Below the pieces are notes generated by a model. That model made no database searches, was not told the DNA's origin, and saw only the letters and a program-made list of their open reading frames with translations. A DNA stretch of 40,632 bases from Candidatus Heimdallarchaeota archaeon. GTDB taxonomy: Archaea; Asgardarchaeota; Heimdallarchaeia; Heimdallarchaeales; Heimdallarchaeaceae. The position numbers and the translations under genes are program-made. Shown here piece after piece: positions 1 through 9,542 of this stretch (the stretch's first letter is position 1; each line of letters opens with the position of its first letter). The stretch lies in assembly GCA_030668825.1 (NCBI GenBank), contig DAOVET010000017.1, positions 1-40,632 of the forward strand, written 5' to 3'.

Positions 1-906
1 ATGAGTGGTACTCTCAGAGATGATCATCTAGTCTTAGATGGCGATCAACTACAATTAAGAAATGAATTGAAAACACTTATTGAATTTATTCCAGATAGCA
101 AAGTAATTACTATTGAAGACTTCATTGATACTGACATCAAGGAGCACATACAGGATACAGAAGTCATTATTCATCCTATTGAAGATACAAAAACCGCTAG
201 AATCATTAATTTACTAACTGAAAATATAGAAGAAATTAGAGAAATAATAATTCAAGAGGTTAGCGAAACATCGCCAAAAGACAGTAATAAGTTACGCTCA
301 AATTTCTACCATAACCTTCCACTTCTTTCTGTTGAAACAGAACTTGTTGAAAAATTGAATAGACTCCTTCTCCTCAGGAAATATGTTTATTCAATGCCTG
401 CACAGACTTATCAAAATTACTTAATAAGATATGGAATTGAAAAAAGTGAACTAGATGATTTACCTGAAATTAGCGGTAAAGAACTAAAAGTGATCAAGAT
501 AGCTAAAGAATATCAAAAAACCACAATCCTTTGCTCCTTTCTTTCTACAGTTGAATCTCTATCGCAACTTCTAACAAAGGAGAATTTTGAAGTTTTCAAT
601 GTAACAGGTAAAATCAAGAATAAGATGGAGATTCTTGAAAATTTCAAGATGACAAATAAGCAATCTGTTCTTATTATGTCACCTGTTGGAGAGAGAGATA
701 TAGATCTCCCTCATACTGAAATGATAATCGTTTTTGACCTGGTGAATTCTCCGAAAACTGTTTACCAAAAGATGAAAAGAGGTCGTGGTGGCAAAGTTAC
801 TCTCCTATTTTATGATGAGACCTCTGAGAAAACGAAAGTTAAAAATGTTGTAGATAAGATAGCTGTACGCTATCCATGGTCGCTTATATTCTTCATTAAG
901 AGCTAG
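1..906 (+). CDS. Superfamily-2 helicase-like protein, C-terminal part (5' truncated by window edge)
   Basis: Begins MSGT, which resembles SF2 motif III (S-A/G-T), so the ATG at 1 is probably internal. C-terminal RecA2-like region has a motif V-like SPVGERDIDLP and a motif VI-like YQKMKRGRG. Confidence 0.65.
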   Translation: MSGTLRDDHLVLDGDQLQLRNELKTLIEFIPDSKVITIEDFIDTDIKEHIQDTEVIIHPIEDTKTARIINLLTENIEEIREIIIQEVSETSPKDSNKLRSNFYHNLPLLSVETELVEKLNRLLLLRKYVYSMPAQTYQNYLIRYGIEKSELDDLPEISGKELKVIKIAKEYQKTTILCSFLSTVESLSQLLTKENFEVFNVTGKIKNKMEILENFKMTNKQSVLIMSPVGERDIDLPHTEMIIVFDLVNSPKTVYQKMKRGRGGKVTLLFYDETSEKTKVKNVVDKIAVRYPWSLIFFIKS

Positions 907-1008
907 TCTGAATGAACTAATATAGTCTTGATTCATAATCTTTTTAATATATCCTAAAACCCTCTTACTGCGAGGACATTAGTTTTTATTTGGTATATAG
1001 GTGTTCAT

Positions 1009-4000
1009 ATGACCAAGAAAAAAGGTAAAGCAGATCCAAATAGTCGATGGGTTCTAGTAAATTCTATGTTTGACGAATTAGGACTAGTTCGCCAACATCT
1101 AGATTCTTATAATGATTTCATTGAAAAAGGATTGCAATCTGTGATTAATGAAATTAAAGTTATTGAACCAGAAGATTCTGAATTTTATGTGAAACTTAAA
1201 AAAGTTGAGGTTGAGGAACCAACAATTAGAGAAGCTGACGGTTCCCAGAGTTCGATATATCCTATGGAAGCAAGAATTCGAAACCTTACTTATGCTTCAA
1301 GATTAAACCTTCACATGATCCCCATTAAAAAAAGTGGGGAAGATGGTGTGGAAACTCCATTAGAAGAGATTAGTGTCTTCATTGGTTATCTTCCTATAAT
1401 GTTAAAATCCAAAAGCTGTCAATTATACAACAGAGCTCCAGAATCTCTTGTTAAACTCGGTGAGGATCCTAAAGATCCAGGTGGCTATTTCTTAGTGAAT
1501 GGAAGTGAAAGAGTGATAGTCACACAAGAAGATTTAGCTCCAAATAGAATTTTGATTGAAAAATCGTCAAGTAAAGGAAATGTGACTAGTGAAGCTAAAG
1601 TTTTCAGTGTAATTCATGGTTTTAGAGCACCTGTTACAGTAGAACATACCAGTGACGTTCAATTAAGAGTTAGTTTTCCAAGCATGCCAAGAAAAATATC
1701 GCTTATCTTGCTGATGAGAGCACTTGGTATCGACAGAGATGATATGATTGCAATGGCAATAAGTCCTACACCTGAATTGCGTGCTCGTGTAATGTCGATT
1801 TTAATGCGTGAATCCTCAGAAATTGATACTACTGAAGAGTCACTAGATTATATCGGAAAAAGAGTAGCTGTTGGACAAACTAAAGAATATCGTATTAACA
1901 GAGCCATGCAAGTTTTAGATAAATATTTACTACCTCATCTCGGAAGTGACACAGAATCACGATTAAAGAAAGCATTCTTCCTAGCTAGGATGGCTCAAAG
2001 ACTTCTTGAATTAGAAGCGGGTATCAGACCTGAAGATGATAAAGATCACTATGCAAATAAACGATTGAAACTAGCAGGTGATCTTTTATTAATGCTGTAT
2101 CGAGTTGCCTTTCACGCTCTTTGTAGAGATATCAAGTATCAATTAGAAAGAGTTACTGTCAGAGGTAGAAAACCAAATCTTAAAACCGCTGTTCGCGCAG
2201 ATTTAATTACAGAAAGATTGCGTCATGCATTAGCTACAGGAAATTGGACTGGAGGAAAATCAGGAGTAAGCCAACTTCTAGATAGAACAAACTATATGTC
2301 AGCCTTAAGTCATCTACGAAGGGTGGTAAGTCCTCTCAGTAGAAGTCAACCTCACTTCGAAGCAAGAGATCTTCATCCAACTCATTTTGGCAAAATATGT
2401 CCAAATGAAACACCAGAAGGACCAAATTGTGGTTTAGTAAAGAATCTCGCACTTCAAGCATATATTAGTGTAGGTTTAAATAGTAAAGATGTTGAGAAAA
2501 AACTTGTTGATGGTTTAGAATTAAATAAAATTAAAGCTGCAGATTTAGTTGAATCTAGCTCTGACCTCGCTAAGAAAGTTGCTAATCCAAATTACTGCAA
2601 GGTTTTCTTAAATGGAAGTTTTCTAGGGGTAGTTCAAAACGGTGAAGAGTTCTACGAAAAAGCAATAGAAAAGCGAAGAACAGGTGACTTTCATCATGAA
2701 GTTAATGTTTCTTATTATCCGGACACCAATGAGATAATGGTTAACTGTGATGCAGGTAGAGTTCGCCGCCCTCTTATTATTGTCAAAGAAGGAGAACCAC
2801 AGCTTACCAAAGAAAAGTTCAACTTGATTAAAAGTGGTAAATGGACATGGAGTGATTTGATAAGAAATCAAATTGTTGAGTATGTTGATGCAGAAGAAGA
2901 AGAAAATCTCTATATTGCAATAGATGAAGATGCTTTGAATCCTGAAATTACTCATATGGAAATTACTCCAAGCACCATTCTTGGGATATGTGCTTCATTA
3001 ATTCCATTCCCTGAGCACAATCGTTCTGATCGTAACGTCTATGAAGCAGGAATGGCAAAACAAGCACTTGGAATCTTTTCTGCTAATTTTAGATATCGTA
3101 TGGATACCAGAGCACATATTCTGCATTATCCACAAAAACCTTTAGTTAAAACTCACGGTATGGATTCTATTGGATTTGAAAGCCGTCCTGCTGGACAAAA
3201 CTTTATCGTTGCTGTGTTATCTTATGAAGGATATAATATGGAAGATGCCCTTCTAATAAACAAGGCAGCCATTGAAAGAGGATTAGGGAGAAGCACTTTC
3301 TATCGAACCTACGATGCGGAAGAAAGAAAGTATCCAAATGGTCAAGAGGATACTTTTGAAATTCCTGATGATACAGTAAGAGGTTACAAAGATGAATCTC
3401 AATATGTTCATCTAGGGGAAGATGGAATCATAGAACCAGAAATTGCTGTTGATGGACACAGAGGAGAGGTTTTAATTGGTAGGACCAGTCCTCCAAGGTT
3501 TTTGGAAGAGTATACTGAATTTGATGTCCCACCTCAAAATAGAAGAGAAACAAGTAAAGCCATGAGACATGGTGAGAATGGTTTATCGGATATGGTTGTG
3601 CTAACTGATACAAATGAAGGAAACAGACTTGTAAAAGTTAAAGTTCGATCAGAGAGAATTCCAGAAATAGGAGATAAATTTGCTTCAAGACATGGACAGA
3701 AGGGTGTTATTGGTTTAATTATTCCTCAAGAAGATATGCCTTTCACTGAATCAGGTATTGTTCCCGATATAATCATTAATCCTCATGCAGTTCCTTCAAG
3801 AATGACAATTGGGATGCTAATGGAATTACTAGCCGGAAAAGTAGCAGCTTATGCAGGAGAAGCAATTTATGGCACTGCATTTAATAAAACTAGCTTAACA
3901 GATTTGCATAATACTCTAAAAGCTCAAGGCATGCACCCACTTGGTAGAGAAGTGATGTATGATGGTAAAACTGGCAGAAGACTAGAAGGAACTATCTTTG

Positions 4001-4407
4001 TAGGATCTCAATTCTATCAAAAACTTCACCATCTAGTGCAAGATAAAATCCACGCTCGAGCTCGAGGTCCAATTCAAATGCTTACAAGGCAACCAACTGA
4101 AGGAAGAGCCAGAGAAGGAGGGTTAAGGTTCGGTGAAATGGAAAGAGATTGTCTTATAAGACATGGAACATCCATTTTGCTTAAGGAAAGATTACTTGAT
4201 GAGTCTGATAAAACAGATGCTTTAATCTGCTCCAAATGTGGATTCTTAGCTATGTATGATAGAAACAAAGACAGATATCATTGTCCAATATGCAGAGAAG
4301 AAACTACTGTTTCAAAAGTAGTTATCAGTTATGCGTTTAAACTACTATTGCAAGAATTAATGAGTCTAGGAATTGCGCCTCACATAGAACTTGAAGATAT
4401 TGCTTAA
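1009..4407 (+). CDS. rpo2: DNA-directed RNA polymerase subunit Rpo2 (B), unsplit
   Basis: Motifs GYFLVNGSERV, PNETPEGPNCGL, GDKFASRHGQKG, GGLRFGEMERD and C-terminal Zn ribbon CSKC..CPIC. SD-like AGGTG before the ATG. Confidence 0.99.
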   Translation: MTKKKGKADPNSRWVLVNSMFDELGLVRQHLDSYNDFIEKGLQSVINEIKVIEPEDSEFYVKLKKVEVEEPTIREADGSQSSIYPMEARIRNLTYASRLNLHMIPIKKSGEDGVETPLEEISVFIGYLPIMLKSKSCQLYNRAPESLVKLGEDPKDPGGYFLVNGSERVIVTQEDLAPNRILIEKSSSKGNVTSEAKVFSVIHGFRAPVTVEHTSDVQLRVSFPSMPRKISLILLMRALGIDRDDMIAMAISPTPELRARVMSILMRESSEIDTTEESLDYIGKRVAVGQTKEYRINRAMQVLDKYLLPHLGSDTESRLKKAFFLARMAQRLLELEAGIRPEDDKDHYANKRLKLAGDLLLMLYRVAFHALCRDIKYQLERVTVRGRKPNLKTAVRADLITERLRHALATGNWTGGKSGVSQLLDRTNYMSALSHLRRVVSPLSRSQPHFEARDLHPTHFGKICPNETPEGPNCGLVKNLALQAYISVGLNSKDVEKKLVDGLELNKIKAADLVESSSDLAKKVANPNYCKVFLNGSFLGVVQNGEEFYEKAIEKRRTGDFHHEVNVSYYPDTNEIMVNCDAGRVRRPLIIVKEGEPQLTKEKFNLIKSGKWTWSDLIRNQIVEYVDAEEEENLYIAIDEDALNPEITHMEITPSTILGICASLIPFPEHNRSDRNVYEAGMAKQALGIFSANFRYRMDTRAHILHYPQKPLVKTHGMDSIGFESRPAGQNFIVAVLSYEGYNMEDALLINKAAIERGLGRSTFYRTYDAEERKYPNGQEDTFEIPDDTVRGYKDESQYVHLGEDGIIEPEIAVDGHRGEVLIGRTSPPRFLEEYTEFDVPPQNRRETSKAMRHGENGLSDMVVLTDTNEGNRLVKVKVRSERIPEIGDKFASRHGQKGVIGLIIPQEDMPFTESGIVPDIIINPHAVPSRMTIGMLMELLAGKVAAYAGEAIYGTAFNKTSLTDLHNTLKAQGMHPLGREVMYDGKTGRRLEGTIFVGSQFYQKLHHLVQDKIHARARGPIQMLTRQPTEGRAREGGLRFGEMERDCLIRHGTSILLKERLLDESDKTDALICSKCGFLAMYDRNKDRYHCPICREETTVSKVVISYAFKLLLQELMSLGIAPHIELEDIA

Positions 4408-4442
4408 TAATTTCTTTCACTCTATTCTTTTTATTTTTGAAG

Positions 4443-4850
4443 TTACTCTGAGATTTTGTCTTTTATTATCTGATTATAATCCTCATCAGAGATTTTTTTT
4501 AGATTATAATACTGTAACTCTTCTCCAATTACTTTAGCTAATAAGTGATAACATAGTGTTTTTTCTCCTCTGCTCAAAACTCGGATTTGAAAATCCTTGC
4601 ATTCACAATAGTTGCTATCAATCAAGATATAGTTTCCACCTGTTCCTTCAATTTCCCATATGGCAATTCTCTCATTAAGAATTAATTTGTGGAGTCTATT
4701 TTCTCGTAGAGCTTTCACTGCTTTTTCACCCCGAGATTCAAAAAGTGAGATAATCTCATTTTCTGTAATTTCAGATAATGTTCCCTCTTCTTTTATTAGC
4801 TTAATCAGTTTAACTAATTTTTCATTATCTGATAATGATGGATTTATCAT
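4443..4850 (-). CDS. SWIM zinc-finger protein (ZSWIM7/Sws1-like archaeal family)
   Basis: CECKDF-x(n)-CYHLLA matches the SWIM CxC...CxH signature. Confidence 0.75.
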   Translation of the reverse strand: MINPSLSDNEKLVKLIKLIKEEGTLSEITENEIISLFESRGEKAVKALRENRLHKLILNERIAIWEIEGTGGNYILIDSNYCECKDFQIRVLSRGEKTLCYHLLAKVIGEELQYYNLKKISDEDYNQIIKDKISE

Positions 4851-4947
4851 GTAATCACATTCTTCAATATTTTGTCTATTGAATATGCTACTTTAATTTT
4901 TTCTAAAAATCATAGAAGAAAACAGATTTTTGAAGAAATTTAGCTAT

Positions 4948-5382
4948 TTATTGCTTGATCATAACATCAACAATGTCAAATTGTCGGAGAACCAGATTTT
5001 TTACTTTATTTATGTTTTTTCCATTTCTTCCAATTGCTCTTCCTTTATCCTTGTTATCAACTTCAACTGTAGCAGCTTTTCCATTTCTTCTATCCAAAAA
5101 GGTTACTTCTCTTATGATAATTGGTAAGAAACAATTTCTAATGAATTTAGCGGGATCTGATGAATGCTCAATGATTTCTACATCCTTTGCAATCATTTCT
5201 TTTAACTTGTTTATGTTCATTCCACGCTTCCCAATTGCTAATCCAGCTTGTCCCCCAGAAACAACAAAGACGACTTTGTTATCTTCTTCATCAACAATGC
5301 AATCTTTTATGGTGACGTTAACGATTCCTTGAAGGATAGTTATATATTGCATTTCTGTTTGTGATAGTTTAACTGCAGGCAT
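4948..5382 (-). CDS. nusA: Archaeal NusA-like transcription factor (two KH domains)
   Basis: GLAIGKRGMNI and GRAIGRNGKNI KH GxxG loops; 144 aa; downstream of L30e as in the canonical cluster. Confidence 0.96.
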   Translation of the reverse strand: MPAVKLSQTEMQYITILQGIVNVTIKDCIVDEEDNKVVFVVSGGQAGLAIGKRGMNINKLKEMIAKDVEIIEHSSDPAKFIRNCFLPIIIREVTFLDRRNGKAATVEVDNKDKGRAIGRNGKNINKVKNLVLRQFDIVDVMIKQ

Positions 5383-5548
5383 TTTATTTCATCCATATCT
5401 TAAAGTCATATTTTTGTATTTATTGACATAAATCTATTTTGATAAGAGTTGTCCCCTTTCTTCCCGATTCAAGTAATCTTTATAGTTTGGATGTTTAAAA
5501 GTCTATTTAAACATTAGTTGGATACGGTTTTACAATACTCACTTGTAT

Positions 5549-5851
5549 TTATTTCTTTTTAATCGCCTTGAGTATATCGCTGTCTCCCATTTCATAGATA
5601 GTTAAAGCTGCAACAAAGTGTGGTCTTCCACAAATTGCACCTAAATCTAACGATGAACCTGTGAATTCTAAAATAGGTATTTCAGAAAGATTTGCATACC
5701 TATATACATCCTCTTTAACTTTTTGAGGAGCGTTGTTTGATAATATTACCAGTTTAGCTTGTTTGTTTAATAGTGCGTTATTTGCAGTGTCTGCACCATA
5801 AGAAACTTTTCCGGTATCTACTGCGATTCTAATGCTTCGGTTGAGGTCCAT
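5549..5851 (-). CDS. rpl30e: 50S ribosomal protein L30e
   Basis: AVDTGKVSYG, AKLVILSNNAP, LGAICGRPH, GDSDIL; SD AGGTGA upstream. Confidence 0.97.
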   Translation of the reverse strand: MDLNRSIRIAVDTGKVSYGADTANNALLNKQAKLVILSNNAPQKVKEDVYRYANLSEIPILEFTGSSLDLGAICGRPHFVAALTIYEMGDSDILKAIKKK

Positions 5852-5945
5852 AAATTCGTCACCTTTCTTTTGCTTGAAGCTGTCTTTCTGCTTAAATTAT
5901 TAAATATTTGCACTTTTGAGTTTTATTTCTTATATGCTTTTTAGA

Positions 5946-6836
5946 TTAGATTTCAAATGCTCCAGAAAACAAAACATCCCATGCTTTGCTCCAACGTTCA
6001 GGATGGGCAACATCTATCCAGAATACATTTTTGGGGCAGAGATATGCCTTTACTTTGTTATCATCAATCAAATGTGGTAAAGTATCTCCTGAAATAGATT
6101 TTCCTTCTGAATTAGACAAATAATCCATGATTTGCGGTTCAAAAACATAAATTCCAGTATTTATGTAACCACTTTGCTGTGATTTCGTGGGCGGTTCCTC
6201 AAATCTTGTTACTAGTTTATTAATCATATCATCTATGTAGAACACTCCATAATCAGAAAAAAGTCCTTTATCTGCAGTTTTTCCCATAATCTGATAATAA
6301 TTATTTACCCCAATCCCGCAAACAGTAGCTATTATATCCTTTTTGTGATTCTTGTGATAGTCAATCAAACTTACTAGATTTATATCTGTTAGAATATCAG
6401 AATTCATGACAATAAATGTATCAGAAACGAGATTTCGAGCATTATATATTGCCCCTGCTGTATCCAAGTTTGTAGACTCACTCACATAACTTATATCCAA
6501 TCCATTCCATTTTTGACCAAAGTGTTTCATAATTCTATCACCTAATTTTCCTATCAGTAGGACAATATCAGTAATTCCACTTTTGGCAATTAATTCAAGA
6601 TTGTATTCAAGTAATGGTCTGTAACCAACAGGAATCATTGCTTTGGGAATGGTTTCTGTTAATGGTTTTAGACGAGCTCCTTCACCACCAGCCAAAATTA
6701 AAACTTTGTTTTTTCTTAACTCAAATTCTTTTTCTATTAATCTGACTAAGAAGTCCTTTATCGAACCAGCTCCTTTCTTATCCTGAATTGCTTTCCATAT
6801 ATTTTCAGGAAATTCAACAGTAAATTTATGAACCAT
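5946..6836 (-). CDS. Sugar-phosphate nucleotidyltransferase-like protein with N-terminal ribbon-helix-helix-like extension
   Basis: ILAGGEGARLKPLTETIPKAM signature, DTAGAI, INTGIYVF and WIDV. The first ~40 aa (HKFTVEFPENIWKAI...SIKDFLVRLIE) fit an RHH strand-helix-helix pattern. Confidence 0.8.
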   Translation of the reverse strand: MVHKFTVEFPENIWKAIQDKKGAGSIKDFLVRLIEKEFELRKNKVLILAGGEGARLKPLTETIPKAMIPVGYRPLLEYNLELIAKSGITDIVLLIGKLGDRIMKHFGQKWNGLDISYVSESTNLDTAGAIYNARNLVSDTFIVMNSDILTDINLVSLIDYHKNHKKDIIATVCGIGVNNYYQIMGKTADKGLFSDYGVFYIDDMINKLVTRFEEPPTKSQQSGYINTGIYVFEPQIMDYLSNSEGKSISGDTLPHLIDDNKVKAYLCPKNVFWIDVAHPERWSKAWDVLFSGAFEI

Positions 6837-7007
6837 TGCTTGCCACCTTTCTAGTAAATTCTTTATTTAGCTCATTTAGTTTACCATTCTTTTTTAGTTT
6901 TCCCCTTAGAAATAGCATTCAAATCTGATGAAGGATACTTTTATAATCATTGGAATTTTCTATTTCTCAAATTTGACTAGATTGTTCAAAAAAGATAGGT
7001 GAAATAG

Positions 7008-8111
7008 CTGTCTAACAGGATTTCTATTACTAAACATGCGCTTGATCGGATAAAGAAGCATCAGGAAATTGCTGATAAATATAACCTAAATATAGATCAA
7101 ATTCTTGATCTTAGCTTAGGTGATAATCTCTTTGTTCCACCCGCCCTAGTTCAGAAAATCATCACAAACACCATTCAATCAATAGATCCAAGAGACAGCT
7201 ATCCAATAAATTATTTCTCTTTCATTGAAGAGATTTCACGTTTTGCTGGCGTTGAAGTACCTACAATTTATCCTGGATTAACTCACACTCAGCTTCTGCA
7301 AAGAATGATTTCGATTACAACAAAACCAAAAAATGATATCATTTTACTAGCTCCTGATAAGGAAATTTATGATGTAATTGCTCAAAATCAGAAGCTTAAT
7401 GTTCAAAAAATTAGCTTAATGGACAACTTTGAACTAGATATAAATGCAATAATTGAACTAGCAGAAAAGACATCTCCAAAAGCAATTATCTTTTCCTCAC
7501 CACACTATCCTACTGCAAATCAATTTGACGAAGGTGCTGTTCTAACTCTAGCAAGAGAACTTGAAATCCCCATAATAGTTGATGAATCTTATGTTGAATT
7601 TGGAAAATACAGTTTGATAAATCAGGTGCAGTATTTTGATAATTTAACTGTAATTAGGTCTTTTGCCAAAGCATGGGGATTGGGGGCAACTTCTTCTGCA
7701 TATCTTATCTCTGATCCAAAGTATATTAATTTGCTAAAAGAAAATTATTTCATTGAAGAAATCCCCCCAATTCATATTTTAGCAACAACACATATTTTAC
7801 AAGCACCTTATAAGTTCGTAGAATTGATAAATAACTTCATTGCTGAAAGAAAACGAGTAATGGAACACTTGAAAATACTCAGTGGGTTAAATGTTTCTCG
7901 AAGCGATACAAATTTTCTATTCATACGCTATAAGAATGAAATTAGCGAACTGTATGACCAACTCTGCAGTAAGGGTATAATTGTTCAGATTTTTGACAAC
8001 AATCAATCTTTCAAAGATAAAGAAAAATCTTTTCTTGTTACTCTAGGTGATACAGCTACAAATGAAAGATTCATTTTAGCTGCAATAGAAGCTTTAGAAA
8101 CCATGCTTTAA
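7008..8111 (+). CDS. HisC/CobD-like class I/II PLP aminotransferase-fold protein, divergent; probable CTG start at 7008
   Basis: The frame is open from CTG 7008 (immediately after in-frame TAG 7005-7007) to the listed ATG 7305. SD AGGTGA at 6997-7002. The extension contains ILDLSLGDN (HisC-like N-terminal motif); downstream IVDESYVEF and IRSFAKAWGL (PLP lysine). Confidence 0.8.
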   Translation: MSNRISITKHALDRIKKHQEIADKYNLNIDQILDLSLGDNLFVPPALVQKIITNTIQSIDPRDSYPINYFSFIEEISRFAGVEVPTIYPGLTHTQLLQRMISITTKPKNDIILLAPDKEIYDVIAQNQKLNVQKISLMDNFELDINAIIELAEKTSPKAIIFSSPHYPTANQFDEGAVLTLARELEIPIIVDESYVEFGKYSLINQVQYFDNLTVIRSFAKAWGLGATSSAYLISDPKYINLLKENYFIEEIPPIHILATTHILQAPYKFVELINNFIAERKRVMEHLKILSGLNVSRSDTNFLFIRYKNEISELYDQLCSKGIIVQIFDNNQSFKDKEKSFLVTLGDTATNERFILAAIEALETML

Positions 8112-8134
8112 AAGCGAAAAATTATTCCCGTTCC

Positions 8135-8662
8135 TTATTTTCTCTTGTAATAGCGTTTTGTAGGACTACCACAATCAGGACAACCATCCACTTTATGCTT
8201 AAATTTACTTCCGCAAACAGTACATTTCCAGAAGTATTCACGTTGATGTTTTATCTTGAATTGAAAAGATTGAAATTTCACATTCAGCTTATTACAAACA
8301 TTTTGAACAGCATTATCATCGCTAAGAACTACACTATTGGGGTAGTCTTGTGATAAAGCAATTACATTTAAATCAGTTTTTGATAATGAAGAATAATCAC
8401 CAGATTCCTTAGCAGAATTAGTTACCAAAGAAACAGCGGATTCTGTTGGAGTAGCAAAAACAATTTGTCTTTCTTCTTTCAACAAAGCTAAATTTGATTT
8501 AGCTTGAAAAGATACAATTTCTTCTTTGAGCGTCTCAGGAATTATCAAAACCTCATTATCATCAATTTTTCTTTCAAAAATAAAATGATGAATAATAGCA
8601 GTTGAATCAACTATGAAATATTGGGGGTGGGGTTCCTGTCTATGCCCATTCATCTGAATCAT
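8135..8662 (-). CDS. nob1: Nob1-type PIN endonuclease with Zn ribbon (16S rRNA maturation)
   Basis: IVDSTAII, SGDYSSLSKTD, VLSDDNAVQNV and C-terminal CTVC..CPDCG. Confidence 0.9.
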   Translation of the reverse strand: MIQMNGHRQEPHPQYFIVDSTAIIHHFIFERKIDDNEVLIIPETLKEEIVSFQAKSNLALLKEERQIVFATPTESAVSLVTNSAKESGDYSSLSKTDLNVIALSQDYPNSVVLSDDNAVQNVCNKLNVKFQSFQFKIKHQREYFWKCTVCGSKFKHKVDGCPDCGSPTKRYYKRK

Positions 8663-9501
8663 CAGAGGTTAAATCTTAGTAGTTTTTCTCTCACACGAGG
8701 AACATAATTATCAGCAAATCTTATGAAACTTATTCTTTCAGAAGACTTCTTTATCTCTATTGATTCCTTATATCCTAAACTGAAGTAGGTCTTTCCATCA
8801 ATCACGACACTGCCAGACCTGTATTCACTTAGATTTGTTACTTTGATTGTAGATTCCAGAGAAAATACCATAGGTACAATGCTTCTTGAAATCGGACAAA
8901 TTGGTACTAAAGTAATAGCTTCTATTGAAGGAACAATCAGAGAACCACCAGCAGATAAAGCATAGGCGCTAGAACCTGTACTAGTAGCAATTATAAGCCC
9001 ATCACTATTCAAGGTGTAAAGGAATTGATCATCTACATGTACCCCCAATGTGATAACATGTCCTATTTTGTTAGAGGTAACAATAGTATCATTTGCTGCG
9101 GGAACAGTTGGAGAATTTTCTGAAGAAACATCTATGGTATAATAATCTTCAATGAAATATTCTATATTTTCAAGCTTCACTAAAGCTTCATCTACTTCTT
9201 CTGGCTGTATTTCGGTAAGAAAGCCTACTTTTCCACAGTTTACTCCAAAGATTGGACTATTTTTCCAAGTTGCAAATGTTTTTAGAATTGTTCCATCACC
9301 ACCAAAAACAAAAATCATGTCTACTTTTGTTTTAGGGCACGAATGTTCGGGAGAACCTTCCTTCTTAGCGAGAAATGTATCTAGATACACAGTATAACCT
9401 TGATTCTTCAGCTTCTCAAATAACTTAAGTGCTGATTTTTGGGCATGATCATGACTTGAACTTGTTATTAGTAGGCATGAATCTTTGGAAAATAAACTCA
9501 T
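8662..9501 (-). CDS. nadK: NAD(+) kinase
   Basis: FGGDGTIL, GVNCGKVGFL, AAND and DGLIIATSTGSSAYALSAGG motifs. Confidence 0.95.
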   Translation of the reverse strand: MSLFSKDSCLLITSSSHDHAQKSALKLFEKLKNQGYTVYLDTFLAKKEGSPEHSCPKTKVDMIFVFGGDGTILKTFATWKNSPIFGVNCGKVGFLTEIQPEEVDEALVKLENIEYFIEDYYTIDVSSENSPTVPAANDTIVTSNKIGHVITLGVHVDDQFLYTLNSDGLIIATSTGSSAYALSAGGSLIVPSIEAITLVPICPISRSIVPMVFSLESTIKVTNLSEYRSGSVVIDGKTYFSLGYKESIEIKKSSERISFIRFADNYVPRVREKLLRFNL

Positions 9502-9542
9502 CTTATGGTTAAAATTGAATAGAAATTAAAAAAGGTTCGGTA

